64,000 nt of DNA. It comes from an uncultured Gemmatimonadaceae bacterium (GTDB taxonomy: Bacteria; Gemmatimonadota; Gemmatimonadetes; Gemmatimonadales; Gemmatimonadaceae). Within the stretch, counting starts at the first letter, position 1; every line of letters begins with the position of its first letter. Below, piece after piece: positions 1-10,887 of the stretch. The position numbers were made by a program, and so were the translations under genes. The notes under the pieces are model-generated. The model saw only the letters and a list, made by a program, of their open reading frames with translations, searched no databases and was not told the origin of the DNA. The stretch lies in assembly GCA_963829055.1 (NCBI GenBank), contig CAWHHI010000008.1, forward strand, positions 1 to 64,000, written 5' to 3'.

Positions 1-328
1 TAGTCAGTCACGAGGGATTCGATGGCTAGAAGCGGTGCATTTCAGGCGCGCTTTCTCGTTCGTGAATTGCCACTGGATTCGGTCGGCCGCCCGATTCTAA
101 CCGGTTCCGGCGCTTCGGACTGACGGCCAGGTCACCCCCTCGCGCCCGGTTCCCGCTACCTCAGCTGCCGCCGCCGGCCTTCGGTGACGGAAAGCGTGGC
201 CGACCTGTGGCAGTGACGGCGCGTCCCGGTCGCCGGGTTTAGGTAACGGCGCGTCTCGTGCTCTGCCTCGGTCACCTGGAAGCCGTCCTCACGAGAGCGA
301 GCGGCAGACGATCCATTCGAGGAGCGCC

Positions 329-958
329 ATGGACCAGCTAGCACGGGCCGCGGACGCCGAGGCGGCGGAGGCGCTGCGCAGTCGCGCGGAGGCCGAGCGG
401 GGGGCGGCTGAGGGAGTCCGCGCCGCCGCCGAGCACGACCGCGCCCACGCGGACCAGCGCCGTGACGACGCGGAGGAGGCCCGCCAGGTCGCGGAGGAGA
501 TCCGGGCGAGCGCCGAGGTCATGCGAAAGTTCCTCGAGGAGGCCCGTCAGGCGGCGGAGGTCCTGCGCGAAACGGTGGAGACCGCGCGCCGGGATAACGA
601 GGCACTCCGCCGTACCCATGAGGAGCTCCGCGCCGACCAGGCGGCGCTGCACGCGCGCGCCGAGGACGCGCGGCGCGCGGCGGAGGAGACGAGGGCCCTG
701 AGCACCGCCGCCGGGCGCACCGCCCGCCGTGCGCTGTCCGACCTGAGGGAGGCAGAGGCCGCAACGGCGGCGGTCCGCCGGAAACTCGCGGCCATCCAGA
801 AGTCAGCCATTATGCAGCGCCAAGTCGATGCCGAGATGCGACGCTCGATGGCGCAGATGCGCGCGGAGACGGACGGGAACGGGTCGCTCGCGAGCGGCGC
901 GGGGGGTGGACGAGCAGCCGCCCCGTCGGGGGGAGGGAGCGACGGCGACGAGCCGTAA
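329..958 (+). CDS. Ala/Glu/Arg-rich coiled-coil hypothetical protein
   Basis: 209-aa ORF with GGAG RBS before the ATG and heptad-like A/E/R composition. Confidence 0.6.
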   Translation: MDQLARAADAEAAEALRSRAEAERGAAEGVRAAAEHDRAHADQRRDDAEEARQVAEEIRASAEVMRKFLEEARQAAEVLRETVETARRDNEALRRTHEELRADQAALHARAEDARRAAEETRALSTAAGRTARRALSDLREAEAATAAVRRKLAAIQKSAIMQRQVDAEMRRSMAQMRAETDGNGSLASGAGGGRAAAPSGGGSDGDEP

Positions 959-1051
959 GCCGCTGCGTGACCGCCGACGCCACTCGCTGCGACTATTCGG
1001 ATAACGTGATTCGATACGACTGGCTCCCCCGCCACTCCAACGGAGCCGAGC

Positions 1052-1581
1052 CTACGTCCACTTCGACCACAGCACCAGCGCGCCGCACGCGGTGCCCGAC
1101 GCACGGTATCGGTTCGCCGGCAGCCCGGGCGGGTGCTCGGTGTAGTACTCGGATCGCCCCGCGCCAGGTCGGCCCACGTGCGGATCATGCCGCCATCCGC
1201 TTCGCCCAGCCGGAAATCGTTGACTCCTCGGGAACGATCGCGTCCCGACCGAGGACACGGCCGCTCGCTGCGTGCCAGGCGGAAGACCGCACCGGTGGTA
1301 TCACCCACGAACTTGAGCTCCACGTCGCTCGCCTCGTACCCCTGGAGCCTAACGCGGACGCGGTGCGCTCCGACCGCGACTCCGGGAATGCGCGCCTGCC
1401 CGAGCGAGTCGGTGTGGGCGAGCAGCGCGAGCTCAGGTAGCACGATCTCGACTCCCGCGAGCGGCTTACCGCTTTCGGCGTCGGCGACGCCAACCGACAG
1501 CGTCGATCGTCCCGACTGCGCGGCGAGGACGGCCGGAAGCGACGCGAGCACCAGCATCGGAGCAACACCACGAAGGCGCAT
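1052..1581 (-). CDS. Carboxypeptidase-regulatory-like domain protein with a TonB-plug-like C-terminus (frameshifted or truncated)
   Basis: Signal peptide, then VADAESGKPLAGVEI..TDSLG..VRLQGY; the C-terminal EYY..SGTACGALVLWSK lies in another frame. Confidence 0.55.
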
Positions 1582-1785
1582 CGTCAGTACCATTTGGACC
1601 AGGGGAGAAGGACGCCACAGCCATAGGCGTGGGTGCGATGCAGAAAAACCGCGGCGCATTGGTTCGTGACCGGGTTCAGTCGTTTTCTGCGGATGCCTGA
1701 GCGCTCGAGCGTCTGCGTTGCGTAGTGCGGGCGCACGCGAATTGGTTGGCCCGTCCAGCGAATTCCCCAACTGTCGCGCTATGTC

Positions 1786-1818
1786 ACGAGGCCCGCGCCA
1801 GTGGCGCGGGCCTCGTGT
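1786..1818. terminator. Perfect hairpin downstream of the M14 peptidase gene
   Basis: CACGAGGCCCGCGCCA-G-TGGCGCGGGCCTCGTG. Confidence 0.6.
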
Positions 1819-1855
1819 TCATTCACTCGATTGCCTGACCTACTGAGTGTTTGAC

Positions 1856-4800
1856 CTACTGATTGTTCTGCGTCGCCGGTTGTGGCTTCGGCGGCTCCGG
1901 TTTCCCGGCGTCGAGGTCGTTCCAGTTCAGGATCGTATTGAATCCGAGGAAGTACGTGCCCTGCGTCTGCCAACGCCAGAACGGGCGAATGCCGAACATG
2001 ACGATGTGGCCATTGCCGACCTTCGAATCGACGATCTGCGCGCGGTTCGACGAGCGCCTGGCCGCCCGCGAGCGTCCCGGACAACAGCATGTCGTTAGGG
2101 TTTGCCAGGGAACGACATGACGACGCGTGGACGAGCGGCATCGGCGTTCGCGCCGCCCGACACCACCGCGGCCACCCGCGAAATCGCGGAAGCGAGCGGA
2201 GTCACCGCCGGCGCCGCCCGCGCGACCACCGCGAGCGCCACTCGTGGCTGCCGAGTCCTCTTCGAACGGAGAGAGTCGTAGCGGCGTGGCCATAGGAGTC
2301 GTGTTCTGACCGAGCCCGCCGTTGATCCCACCCTCACCACCGCCACCGCCGAATCCACCACCACCTCCGCCACCGCCCACGGCGAGCACCGGCGCCTGGC
2401 TGAAGTACACCGGGAGTTGCGTGCCGTCATAACCGTACGCGATCGGGCTCTTAGCGTCGCTGATGATGCCGCGCAGAATCGACCCGCGCACGAACAAGCC
2501 GCGCGGCTCCTCGACGGTCACGCCAGTCGTTATGCCGTACTCAGGGAAGATCGTCGCCGTCGACCCCTCAGTGAGGAGCGTCCCACCGGCCTGCACGAAC
2601 TTCGCGAGCTCGAGCAGTCCTTCCATCCCCATGCCGCCGCGGATGTCATCCGTCTGATCGAGCGCGCCGAGGTTCGGCGTGGCGGCGGACTTTTTGTAGG
2701 GAATGGCTGCGGCTGTGGTCTTTGGAATGCCGTTCACCTGCGACGTCGCCGACCCGCCGATGTGCGGGAAGATGATGACGTCGTACTTCGCGCGCAGATT
2801 GCCGTCGCGAAGCTTCTGGTCGGAGAAGTAGGTGTACGGCACGCCGTACGTATCCAGTGCGGCGCGCACCCACCCTTCGTCCTGCGTGCGCTGCCAGCTG
2901 TGCACGTAGCCAATCCGCGGGATATCCAGGTCGTGCGTCTTCACACTCGGCGCCGCGGCCACGGCCCAGCCCGAGAGTCCCAGATCTTCGAGCTGCTTGC
3001 CGAGCTTCGCGCGATCGCCACCAGGGATGATGAACGCGCCCGCGCGGAACTTGCGGCCGTTCAACTCGAAGTCCTCTTCGGCCGCCTGCATCTTCACCGC
3101 GGCATTCGCGAAGCGGAACTTCATGAGGTTGTTGTCGGTCGTGTGATCGACGACGATCACGTTGCCCGAGCCTTCGATGCCACCCGGCGCCTTCGCCTCG
3201 GACGTCAGCATCGTCATCGGCTGCGTCTGGATCGACTTGTCGGCGACGGTGACGATCTTGACGTTGCGCATGAGCGGGAACGTCCAGCCGGTGTCGTCGT
3301 ACGGCGCCGGGTTCGCCGGCGAGTAGTTCTGCAGCGAGAAGTACATGTCGGCGAGCGTGCGATACGGCTGATCCGCGCGCACGATGTAGTCGCCCTGCTT
3401 CACGTCCAGCGAGCCGACCTTGAACGGCGCATTCGCGGTGTGAATCTCGAGTCCCTGACGACGCATCTCGTTCACGGCATCGGCGGCGTCCGCCTTCCGG
3501 CGCTGCGTGGCCGGGATCACCCAGGCCGCGATGGGCCCGTCCTTCCCCTTCTGAACGGATCGTTTGTTCTTGAGCCAGTAGTTCTCGAGGTAGAGATCCT
3601 TGTTCTTCGCGACGTGGCTCAGCGCGAACAGCGCGGCGGATTCCTGGATGTTCGTGTTGTTGCGCGGGCCCCACTTGATCGACGCCAGCGGCGGGTTCGG
3701 ACGGAACCACTCCTTGCTCGTCGTCGTCGCGCCCGGCTTGACCTCGTAGTTGTCCGGCCCGTAACTCTGCACCTCGTAGAACCGCCCGATCGCGTTATGC
3801 GAGTGGGCGATGAAGAACATGTAGTTAGGCACCCAGCCGTCGTAGAACCCATACGTCCAGACGCCGGGCACGCCACGCTTCGTCATCTCCATGACGTCGT
3901 TCTGCGCGAGCATCCACCACTCGTCCACGGTGATCGGGTCCAGCGCTTCGTTGTACGGACCCGTGCCGGTGGACGCGTAGAGATACGTCTGCGCCTCGTG
4001 CAGGTCGTGCATGATGGTCGGCGTCCAGTCGTTCTGCACACGCGTGACCGCGCGCGTCAGCTGGAGAAACTGCCCCATGCCATCACGATTGTTGTCGTGC
4101 GCGACGTACTTGCCCCAGTACATGAGCGGCAGGCGAGGAGCGCCCGTCGCCAGCTTCTTGTTGAAGTAGTACGTGTCGACCTGCTTCTCGCGGCCGTCCA
4201 CCTCGATCACCGGCGTGATGAACGTGATGACGTTGTTGCGGATGTTCTGGATGAACGGCGTCTCCTCGACCGCGAGGCGATACGCCATCTCCATCAGCAT
4301 CTCGGGCCCGCCGGTCTCGGGCGAATGCATGCCGCTCGTGAACCAGTAGATCGGCTTCGCCGTCGTCATGATCTGGCGCGCCTGCTCTTCCGATGTCTTA
4401 CGCGGATCGGTGAGCGCGTTGAGCATGCCCTTGTACTTGTCGAGATCGCGAATCGTCGCTTCGTCGGCGACGGCGAGGATGACCATGTCGCGCCCTTCTT
4501 CGGATTTGCCGATGCGCCAGACCTTGATCCGGTCGGAGGCCGCGTCGAGCGCGTCGAAGTAGCGGACGATGTCCTTGGCGTACGTGAGCTCGCCCGGCTG
4601 TCCGACGACACGACCGAGGAACTTGAGCGGCGTCGGGACGGTGCTGGACGCGGGGAGGTGATCCACGAGCTCGGTGGTGATCCGCGGATCCTGGAGATAC
4701 TCCTTGATCTTCTTCGTGTACTCCTCGTCGTTCGGCTGCGCGGCTGGTCTCGCCGCGTTGCCGGCGCTCTGAGCACCTGCCGCGCGGCCAGGGGTCAGCG

Positions 4801-4864
4801 CCCACAGTGTCGCCACGGCAATAGGCAACGCGTACCGGCCAACGGGTCGCATCCGATGCGACAT
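1856..4864 (-). CDS. Secreted M14-family zinc carboxypeptidase
   Basis: Signal peptide, GKSEEGR, HSPE zinc motif, DNNRD, HDLHE; compensating frameshifts near 2050-2170. Confidence 0.85.
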   Translation of the reverse strand: MSHRMRPVGRYALPIAVATLWALTPGRAAGAQSAGNAARPAAQPNDEEYTKKIKEYLQDPRITTELVDHLPASSTVPTPLKFLGRVVGQPGELTYAKDIVRYFDALDAASDRIKVWRIGKSEEGRDMVILAVADEATIRDLDKYKGMLNALTDPRKTSEEQARQIMTTAKPIYWFTSGMHSPETGGPEMLMEMAYRLAVEETPFIQNIRNNVITFITPVIEVDGREKQVDTYYFNKKLATGAPRLPLMYWGKYVAHDNNRDGMGQFLQLTRAVTRVQNDWTPTIMHDLHEAQTYLYASTGTGPYNEALDPITVDEWWMLAQNDVMEMTKRGVPGVWTYGFYDGWVPNYMFFIAHSHNAIGRFYEVQSYGPDNYEVKPGATTTSKEWFRPNPPLASIKWGPRNNTNIQESAALFALSHVAKNKDLYLENYWLKNKRSVQKGKDGPIAAWVIPATQRRKADAADAVNEMRRQGLEIHTANAPFKVGSLDVKQGDYIVRADQPYRTLADMYFSLQNYSPANPAPYDDTGWTFPLMRNVKIVTVADKSIQTQPMTMLTSEAKAPGGIEGSGNVIVVDHTTDNNLMKFRFANAAVKMQAAEEDFELNGRKFRAGAFIIPGGDRAKLGKQLEDLGLSGWAVAAAPSVKTHDLDIPRIGYVHSWQRTQDEGWVRAALDTYGVPYTYFSDQKLRDGNLRAKYDVIIFPHIGGSATSQVNGIPKTTAAAIPYKKSAATPNLGALDQTDDIRGGMGMEGLLELAKFVQAGGTLLTEGSTATIFPEYGITTGVTVEEPRGLFVRGSILRGIISDAKSPIAYGYDGTQLPVYFSQAPVLAVGGGGGGGGFGGGGGEGGINGGLGQNTTPMATPLRLSPFEEDSAATSGARGGRAGGAGGDSARFRDFAGGRGGVGRRERRCRSSTRRHVVPWQTLTTCCCPGRSRAARRSSNRAQIVDSKVGNGHIVMFGIRPFWRWQTQGTYFLGFNTILNWNDLDAGKPEPPKPQPATQNNQ

Positions 4865-5008
4865 GTCCTTCCTCCCTGAGAGCTGTTGGATCACGCCGGG
4901 CGAACCCCGGCTGGGTGAGATACTGGGTGAGAATGCTGCATGCTGCGACTAGTACGCGCAACACATGCAAAACGATCGAGACTGTTCCTGGGTCGAGATC
5001 GGCCCCTC

Positions 5009-5415
5009 GGGCCGGTGGGAACTTCGATTTTGCGGATTCTGCGCGGCGAAACTACCGGATACGGCTTTGCATTGGCGCATCGTCGCGCCGCGGTCGGTGA
5101 GAACGACGATTTGGCGGATGACACGGAAAACGGCCGGATCCGGCTTTGCATTGACGCTGGCTCATCACCGGACTCTGAAACAATGGGAACGGCCGCTCGG
5201 GAGACTCCTGCGTCCCGAGCGGCCGTTCCCAAGAAATCCCGGCTCGTTGCGAGCGGAGCCGGCCCCTACGGGGCGCTATCCTGCTTCTTCCGCGTCATCC
5301 GCCCAATCGCAGTTCTCACCGGCCCCGCGCAACGATGCGGCAATGCAAAGCCGTATCCGGCTGTTTCGCAGTCAGATCCGCCCAATCGTTGTTCTCACCG
5401 ACCCCGGCGCGACGC
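5009..5415. repeat. Palindromic array: two ~80-bp units, a central hairpin (5185-5230), then about two inverted units
   Basis: Unit GGTGAGAAC..CGATT..GCGGAT..CCGGATACGGCTTTGCATTG occurs in both orientations. Confidence 0.8.
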
Positions 5416-5432
5416 AACCATGCGCTCCAGGC

Positions 5433-7436
5433 CTAGAGTGGTTTCTGACTCACCACGATCGTCGGACTCGGGTTCGCGATCGCTCCGGCGGTCGTCGCCC
5501 CGTTGCCCAGCTGGCCCGTATCGTTTCTCCCCCAGCACCAGACCGTCAATCGATCTTTCGAGATAGCGCAGCTGTGCGACGCGCTGCCGGTCGCGATCCC
5601 GCTCGCCGAGACCTCGGCCGCGAGGATGCTTCCGACGCGGAGCGGAATCGCGCTGCTGTTCCCCGTGGCGCCGAGTTGTCCGGAGCTATTCGAGCCCCAG
5701 CAATACACCCCCTCCGTGCTCGATACACCGCAGGCATGGGTGAATCCCGCGGAGATCGACTGGAAGATGAGGCCGCCCGCCGACGCCACCGGACTCGAGG
5801 AGTCTCCGTTGTTCGCGCCCGCGCCGAACTTGGAGTTGTTGCTCCCCCAGCAATACGCCTGACCGATCGTCGTCAGTGCGCAGGCGTACTGCCCACCGAG
5901 CGACACGCTCTGGAACGTCAGCCCGCCAACCACCTTGCTCGGCGTCCCGTTGAACGTGTTGCCGTACGAGATCGTCTTGCCGTCACCGAGCTGCCCGATG
6001 CTGTTGGCGCCCCAGCAGTAGGTGTCGCCGCCAGTCGTTAGGCCGCAGGTGTAGGACTGCCCCGCGGTGATCTTCGCGAACGAGAGGTTCGCCGCGACCA
6101 GCACCGGCGTCGACGTCGGCGCGGTACCAGCACCGAGCTGACGCCAATCGTTGTTGCCCCAACAATACGCGCGGTTGTCCGTGGCGACGCCGCAGCTGTG
6201 ATCGGAGCCGGCGGTCACCGAGCGGAACGTCAGATTCCCCGCGACTGCAACCGGCGTCGGGCTCTGCGACGCGTTGGAGCCGTTGCCGAGCATGCCCCAG
6301 CCGTTGTATCCCCAGCAGTAGGCCTTCCCGTCGAGCGACACGCCGCACGTGTGACGACCATAGGTCGAGAGCTGCGCGAAACGAATGTCTCCAGGAACTC
6401 GCACCGGCACGTTGCTCATGGCATCAGCGGACATCTGTGTGCTGCCGAGGCGCCCTTCGTTGCCGTTGAGGCCCCAGCACCACGCGATGCCGCCGCTCGC
6501 GATGTCGCAGGCATGCATGGAGCCCGCGGTCATCGAGCGATACTTGATCACGACGACGCGCGTCGCCGTCGCGCTCTTCCCTTCGCTCGTGGCGGTGACC
6601 GTGACGGTGCCGCGATCGACGCCTGTGAGCATGCCCTGCAGCGGATCGATCGCCGCGACGGCTGCGTTCGAGACCGTCCATCGCACTTCGCGACCGGTGA
6701 GGACGTTGCCGTCCGCGTCACGCAGCGCAACGCCGATCAACTCCGAGCTGAACGCCTCGAGCGTGTCGAGCGCTGGAGCGATGACAATGGCTGCGACCGG
6801 CTTCACCGCGGCCGACACCGTCACGGCCGTCGTGCCACTCTTGCCTTCGCTCGTCGCGGTGAGCGTAGCCGTGCCGGCAGCCACGCCAGTGACGACGCCC
6901 GTCGCGGCATCGATCGTCGCAATCGCCGGAGCACTCGAGCTCCATGCGATCGCTCGGCCCGCGAGCACGTTGCCTTGCTCGTCCTTCGCCGTCGCCGCGA
7001 GCGCGACGGTGGCGCCGACCTTGACCGCGGGCGCGTTAGGCGTGACGGTCACCGTCGCTACCGGTACCGCCGCCACGGTGACCGCAGCCTGCGCGGACTT
7101 CCCTTCGCTCGTCGCCGTGATGGTCGCGGTGCCGGCGGCGACGCCTGTCACGAGCCCGTTGGCATCGACCGTCGCGACGATGGCCGACGACGTCGTCCAC
7201 GCGACCGCTCGCCCCGTGAGCACCGTGCCGCCGACGTCCTTCGTTGTCGCCGTGAGCTGCGCGGTGCGCCCGATGGAGACGCTCGCGGCGGCCGGTGTGA
7301 GCACGACCGAGGCAACGGGCGCCGGGCCGCCACCCTCACCATTGTCGGGCGAGGACGGCGTGTCACTGTCGCCGCTACACGCGGCGAGCACGAGTGCGAA
7401 ACAGGCCGCGGTTGCGGCGGTGAAGAGACGAGCCAT
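5433..7436 (-). CDS. Lipoprotein with three Big_2 Ig-like domains and RCC1 repeats
   Basis: LAAC lipobox; three TITATSEGKS-type repeats; repeated AYCWG.N..GQLG. Confidence 0.9.
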   Translation of the reverse strand: MARLFTAATAACFALVLAACSGDSDTPSSPDNGEGGGPAPVASVVLTPAAASVSIGRTAQLTATTKDVGGTVLTGRAVAWTTSSAIVATVDANGLVTGVAAGTATITATSEGKSAQAAVTVAAVPVATVTVTPNAPAVKVGATVALAATAKDEQGNVLAGRAIAWSSSAPAIATIDAATGVVTGVAAGTATLTATSEGKSGTTAVTVSAAVKPVAAIVIAPALDTLEAFSSELIGVALRDADGNVLTGREVRWTVSNAAVAAIDPLQGMLTGVDRGTVTVTATSEGKSATATRVVVIKYRSMTAGSMHACDIASGGIAWCWGLNGNEGRLGSTQMSADAMSNVPVRVPGDIRFAQLSTYGRHTCGVSLDGKAYCWGYNGWGMLGNGSNASQSPTPVAVAGNLTFRSVTAGSDHSCGVATDNRAYCWGNNDWRQLGAGTAPTSTPVLVAANLSFAKITAGQSYTCGLTTGGDTYCWGANSIGQLGDGKTISYGNTFNGTPSKVVGGLTFQSVSLGGQYACALTTIGQAYCWGSNNSKFGAGANNGDSSSPVASAGGLIFQSISAGFTHACGVSSTEGVYCWGSNSSGQLGATGNSSAIPLRVGSILAAEVSASGIATGSASHSCAISKDRLTVWCWGRNDTGQLGNGATTAGAIANPSPTIVVSQKPL

Positions 7437-7699
7437 GGGAGCATCCTCCGATGCGTGCGCGCTTCGCGATCCTGGATCGCGCCGGCGTTGGTGGACCAGC
7501 GATGTATGCGAGCTTGGTTTGCGTCGCGGTGTCTTGTGTCTCGCGACGAGCGCACGATATGGAGACCGCACTCGACCGTCGTGGGTCGATCGACCTAGCG
7601 CCGAAATCGAGATTGCCGGCGGCGCGATGGTCCGGCGATTGTCGTGAGGGAGCGCTGCTCGTACCATTCGCGGTCCTCAACCCTCTCCCATTCTCGATC

Positions 7700-8264
7700 A
7701 TGCCGGCCTTGAACCTGGCCTTCTGGCGCAAGTGGCACCGTTGGATCGGCTTTCCCGCCGTGCTGTTTCTCCTCTGGGCCGCGACCACGGGCTTCCTCGT
7801 GGCGTTCACGGAATTCTTCGGCGAAGAGGAAGCGCTCCGCGAAGCGACACGGGACATGATCAGCCCCGTGACGCTCGCGTCACCGGCTACCGCAGTGGTC
7901 GGACCCGATCGCGCGCGCGTTCACGACGGCGGCGACGCGCGCGAATGGCGCGCCGGTGGACAAGATCGAGATGCAACTCAAGGGACCGAAGCCGACGGTC
8001 ACGATCTTTACCGGCAAGCCGACCGGCGGTGAGGACCGGAAGTTCGTGTTCGACGGCCGAACCGGTGCGCTGCTCTCGGAGGAAGCGTACGCCGACAAAC
8101 CGTTCCTCTATCGCCTGCACAGTGGCGAGGCGTTCGGCGACGGCGGCCTGGTGGTCGCGATGCTGTGGGGCCTCACGCTGATCGTCCTGACGCTGACAGG
8201 ACTGATCATCTACCTCAAGCTGCGGCGGCCGGGCCTAACGGGAATACGGAAAGTCTTCTGGTAG
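7700..8264 (+). CDS. PepSY-associated TM helix protein (frameshift near 7895)
   Basis: WRKWHRWIG N-terminus; LYRLHSGE..LTGLIIY C-terminus in a second frame. Confidence 0.75.
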
Positions 8265-8312
8265 GACTGCACAAGTGCGCTGGTCGCTCGTGCTGGTCGC
8301 TGGTCGCGTTTT

Positions 8313-8486
8313 GTCATCCCGAGCGGGACGTGTGTCATCCCGAGCGCCAGCGCTTGTCATCCCGAGCAGCAGCGAGGGATCTCCTGTGAAGTACCCGTGG
8401 CCAGTCCAGCCACGATGTCGTCACAGAAGGTCCCTCCCTTCGTTGCTGCGCTTCTCAGGGCACGCTCTGACGCTCCTCGGGATGAC
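8313..8486. repeat. REP-like element, GTCATCCCGAGC subfamily (three tandem left arms plus a long hairpin)
   Basis: GTCATCCCGAGC x3 ... CTCGGGATGAC; same architecture as 11888-12031. Confidence 0.85.
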
Positions 8487-8498
8487 ACTGCGCCCTCG

Positions 8499-8529
8499 AG
8501 CTGATGGCTGATGGCCGATGGCTGATAGC
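8499..8529. repeat. 7-mer tandem repeat (GCTGATG/GCTGATA)
   Basis: agctgatggctgatggccgatggctgatagc. Confidence 0.6.
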
Positions 8530-8531
8530 CG

Positions 8532-9234
8532 TTATTTGAATCCTGCTCCGCCCTTCCGGTCATCCACCACGAACTTGTCACGCGCCGGCATGCGCACCGC
8601 CGGCAACGTGCTGCTGTTCATCACCGCCGTCGGCTCGATCACCTCGTTCTTCGCCAACAGGAACGCGACGACCGCGTAGACCTCGTTGTTCGTGAGCGAA
8701 CCCGGCGCCGTGATCGGCATCGTGCGGCGAACGTAGTCGAACACCGTCGTCGCATAGGGCCAGTAATTGCCGACCGTCTTCACGAGCTTGGGATCCTGAC
8801 CGAACGGAAATCCCTCCCGCGGATCGCGACCCACGAGCTTGGGCGCGGGCGGAGAACCCGCCAGTGGTGCGCCTACCTGCCCCTCGCCCGGCAGGGCCGT
8901 GACACGCAGCGCACTTGGCCGCGAACACCGCGGCGCCCTGGGCCACCGTGCCACTGCCCGCCGGCAATCCCTTACCGTCCGGACCGACGTCGACATCCCA
9001 GGCGGCAACCTCAGAGTCCGTCGCGGGACGCCCAACGCCGAATCGCGCCGGCGGGTCAGGAGCCGCCTGCACGTCCGCCGGCAGCCGCCCCGTGCCTAAC
9101 GTGCGCTGGCGTCGCCCGGCGCGTTCGGCCAACGGACCTCGGTCACACGCGACGAACGCGAGCGCGATGAGGCCCACTCCCGCGAGTGCTCGCGTCCGGG
9201 CGCTGCGGCCCGTGTTCGTCCTGATGCGACTCAT
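8532..9234 (-). CDS. soxD: SoxD-like cytochrome c (frameshift near 8880)
   Basis: WDVDVGPDGKGLPAGSGT, CAACHG, KTVGNYWPYATTVFDYVRRTMP. Confidence 0.75.
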
Positions 9235-9273
9235 GCGAGCGCGTCATGCGAGCGCGATTCATGTGAGCGCGAT

Positions 9274-10651
9274 TCATTCGTCCACCCGAAACGCCACTTG
9301 CCCGGCGGAATCCACATCCCACGCGCGGATGTAGTTGAAGTGGTAATCCGTGCCCGCACCGCGCTTGCCGCGAAACTCGGCCAACGTCGGCTGGGTGTAC
9401 CCAGTGTCGTCGACGGCACGGCTCATCAGCACCGTCGGACGACCATCCCACTGCCACGGGATGCGGAAACGCGTGTGCGCGAGAGCCTGCACCGGCTCCT
9501 GCAGTTCGGCGACCGTCCAGCTGTTACCGCCGTCCACGCTCACGTCGACGCGCACGATCTTGCCACGCCCGCTCCACGCAATGCCCGTGATCTGCGTCCA
9601 CTTGTTGGGCGTCACGCGTCCCGGATACGCCGGCGACGTGATGATCGACTTCGCGTCGAGCACGAAGCTGAACTGCCGAGCGGTCCCGTTCGCGAGCGGG
9701 TCGGTGTACTTGGACGTCTCGTCGCGGAACATGCCGGGGCCGTCGGACACCTCGATGCGCCGCACCCACTTGATGTTCGCGTTGCCCTCGTAGCCCGGCA
9801 ACAGGAGCCGCGCCGGATAGCCGTTCGATGGACGCAACGGCTCACCGTTGTAGGCGTACGCGATCAGCGCGTCGTCCATTCCCTTCTCCATTGGCACGCT
9901 GCGCGATAGCCGCGCGGCGTCACCGCCCTCGGCACGAAACCACGCGGCACCGCGCTGCACGCCGACCTCTCGAAAGAGCGTCGCCAGAAGCACGCCGGTC
10001 CATTCGCCGGAGCTCGTTAGGCCGTCGATCGCCTGGGGCGTCATCTCGCGCTTCGGCGTACGGTACGCACCGCGTCCGTTCCCCGAGCACTCCAGGAATA
10101 CCGTTCGCGACACGCTCGGAAGATGATGCAGATCGTCCAGCGAGAAGACGGTCGGTCGATCCACCAGACCGTGAATCATCAGCTCGTATCGCGCTGGGTC
10201 GATCAGCGCGACCCCCGCGTGGTGCCGCTCGAACACGAGGTCACTCGGCGTCACCGTTCCGGAGAGCTGCTGCAGCGGTGTGAGCGACGACCCGGTCACC
10301 AGGCCGACCGGGGTGCGCGCCGGGGTCTCGAACGGCGATCGCGCGCCTAACGCCGACGTCGGCGGGCCGGGAGCCCGCGTCGGATCCGGCGGCACCGAGG
10401 CGAGGTCGTACACCGGAGCGCCGGGAGGCGCTCCGGCCGGTCGGCGGTGGACTCGTCGGAGCACCCTGTGGTGCGGGCGCCTGCGCTGGCAACCGCGCGA
10501 GCACAACCCCGCCCGCGGACGCGGCAGCCGCCGCGATGAGTCCGCGACGCGTCAGGCGCGCGGATCTCGGGTCGATCGGATTGCGCGCTTCGAGCGCGTC
10601 ACCCGCCGCGCTCGGGGTCATCGAGGGTCCTTCGTCCTGCTCGTCTGCCAT
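9274..10651 (-). CDS. soxC: SoxC-like sulfite/sulfane dehydrogenase molybdoprotein (Tat signal; frameshift near 10450)
   Basis: LTRRGLI Tat motif; FERHHAG, FLECSGN, NGEPLRPSNGYPARL, GIAWSGRG. Confidence 0.8.
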
Positions 10652-10718
10652 ACCCGCCTCATCGCTCGTCCGGCGGCGAATATAGGCCGACGCCGCCTCA
10701 GCGCAATCGAGGACCTAT

Positions 10719-10870
10719 GTCATTCCGAGCGGAGCGCCGCAGGCGCGCGAAGGTCGAGGAATCGCGACCATACCGGGTAGAGGGCCCCTCTATCGGGACG
10801 ATCGCGATTCCTCGACTGCGCTCGGAATGACAACCGATTCCTCGACTCGCTGCGCTCGCTCGGAATGACG
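10719..10870. repeat. REP-like element, GTCATTCCGAGC subfamily
   Basis: GTCATTCCGAGCGGAG..GTCGAGGAATCGCG..CGCGATTCCTCGAC..GCTCGGAATGAC; closely similar to 56661-56794. Confidence 0.85.
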
Positions 10871-10887
10871 ACCGGCCGCTACCACTA

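Noticed and set aside
156..344. Possible gene remnant on the minus strand
   Set aside because: Short, with no family recognised.
1779..1835. Third ECF promoter copy (CGTGACATAG)
   Set aside because: No GCAAT at the correct spacing, and it overlaps a terminator hairpin.
2417..4879. Long antisense and alternate-frame ORFs here and throughout the ORF track
   Set aside because: Shadow ORFs expected at high GC opposite real genes; no recognisable motifs.
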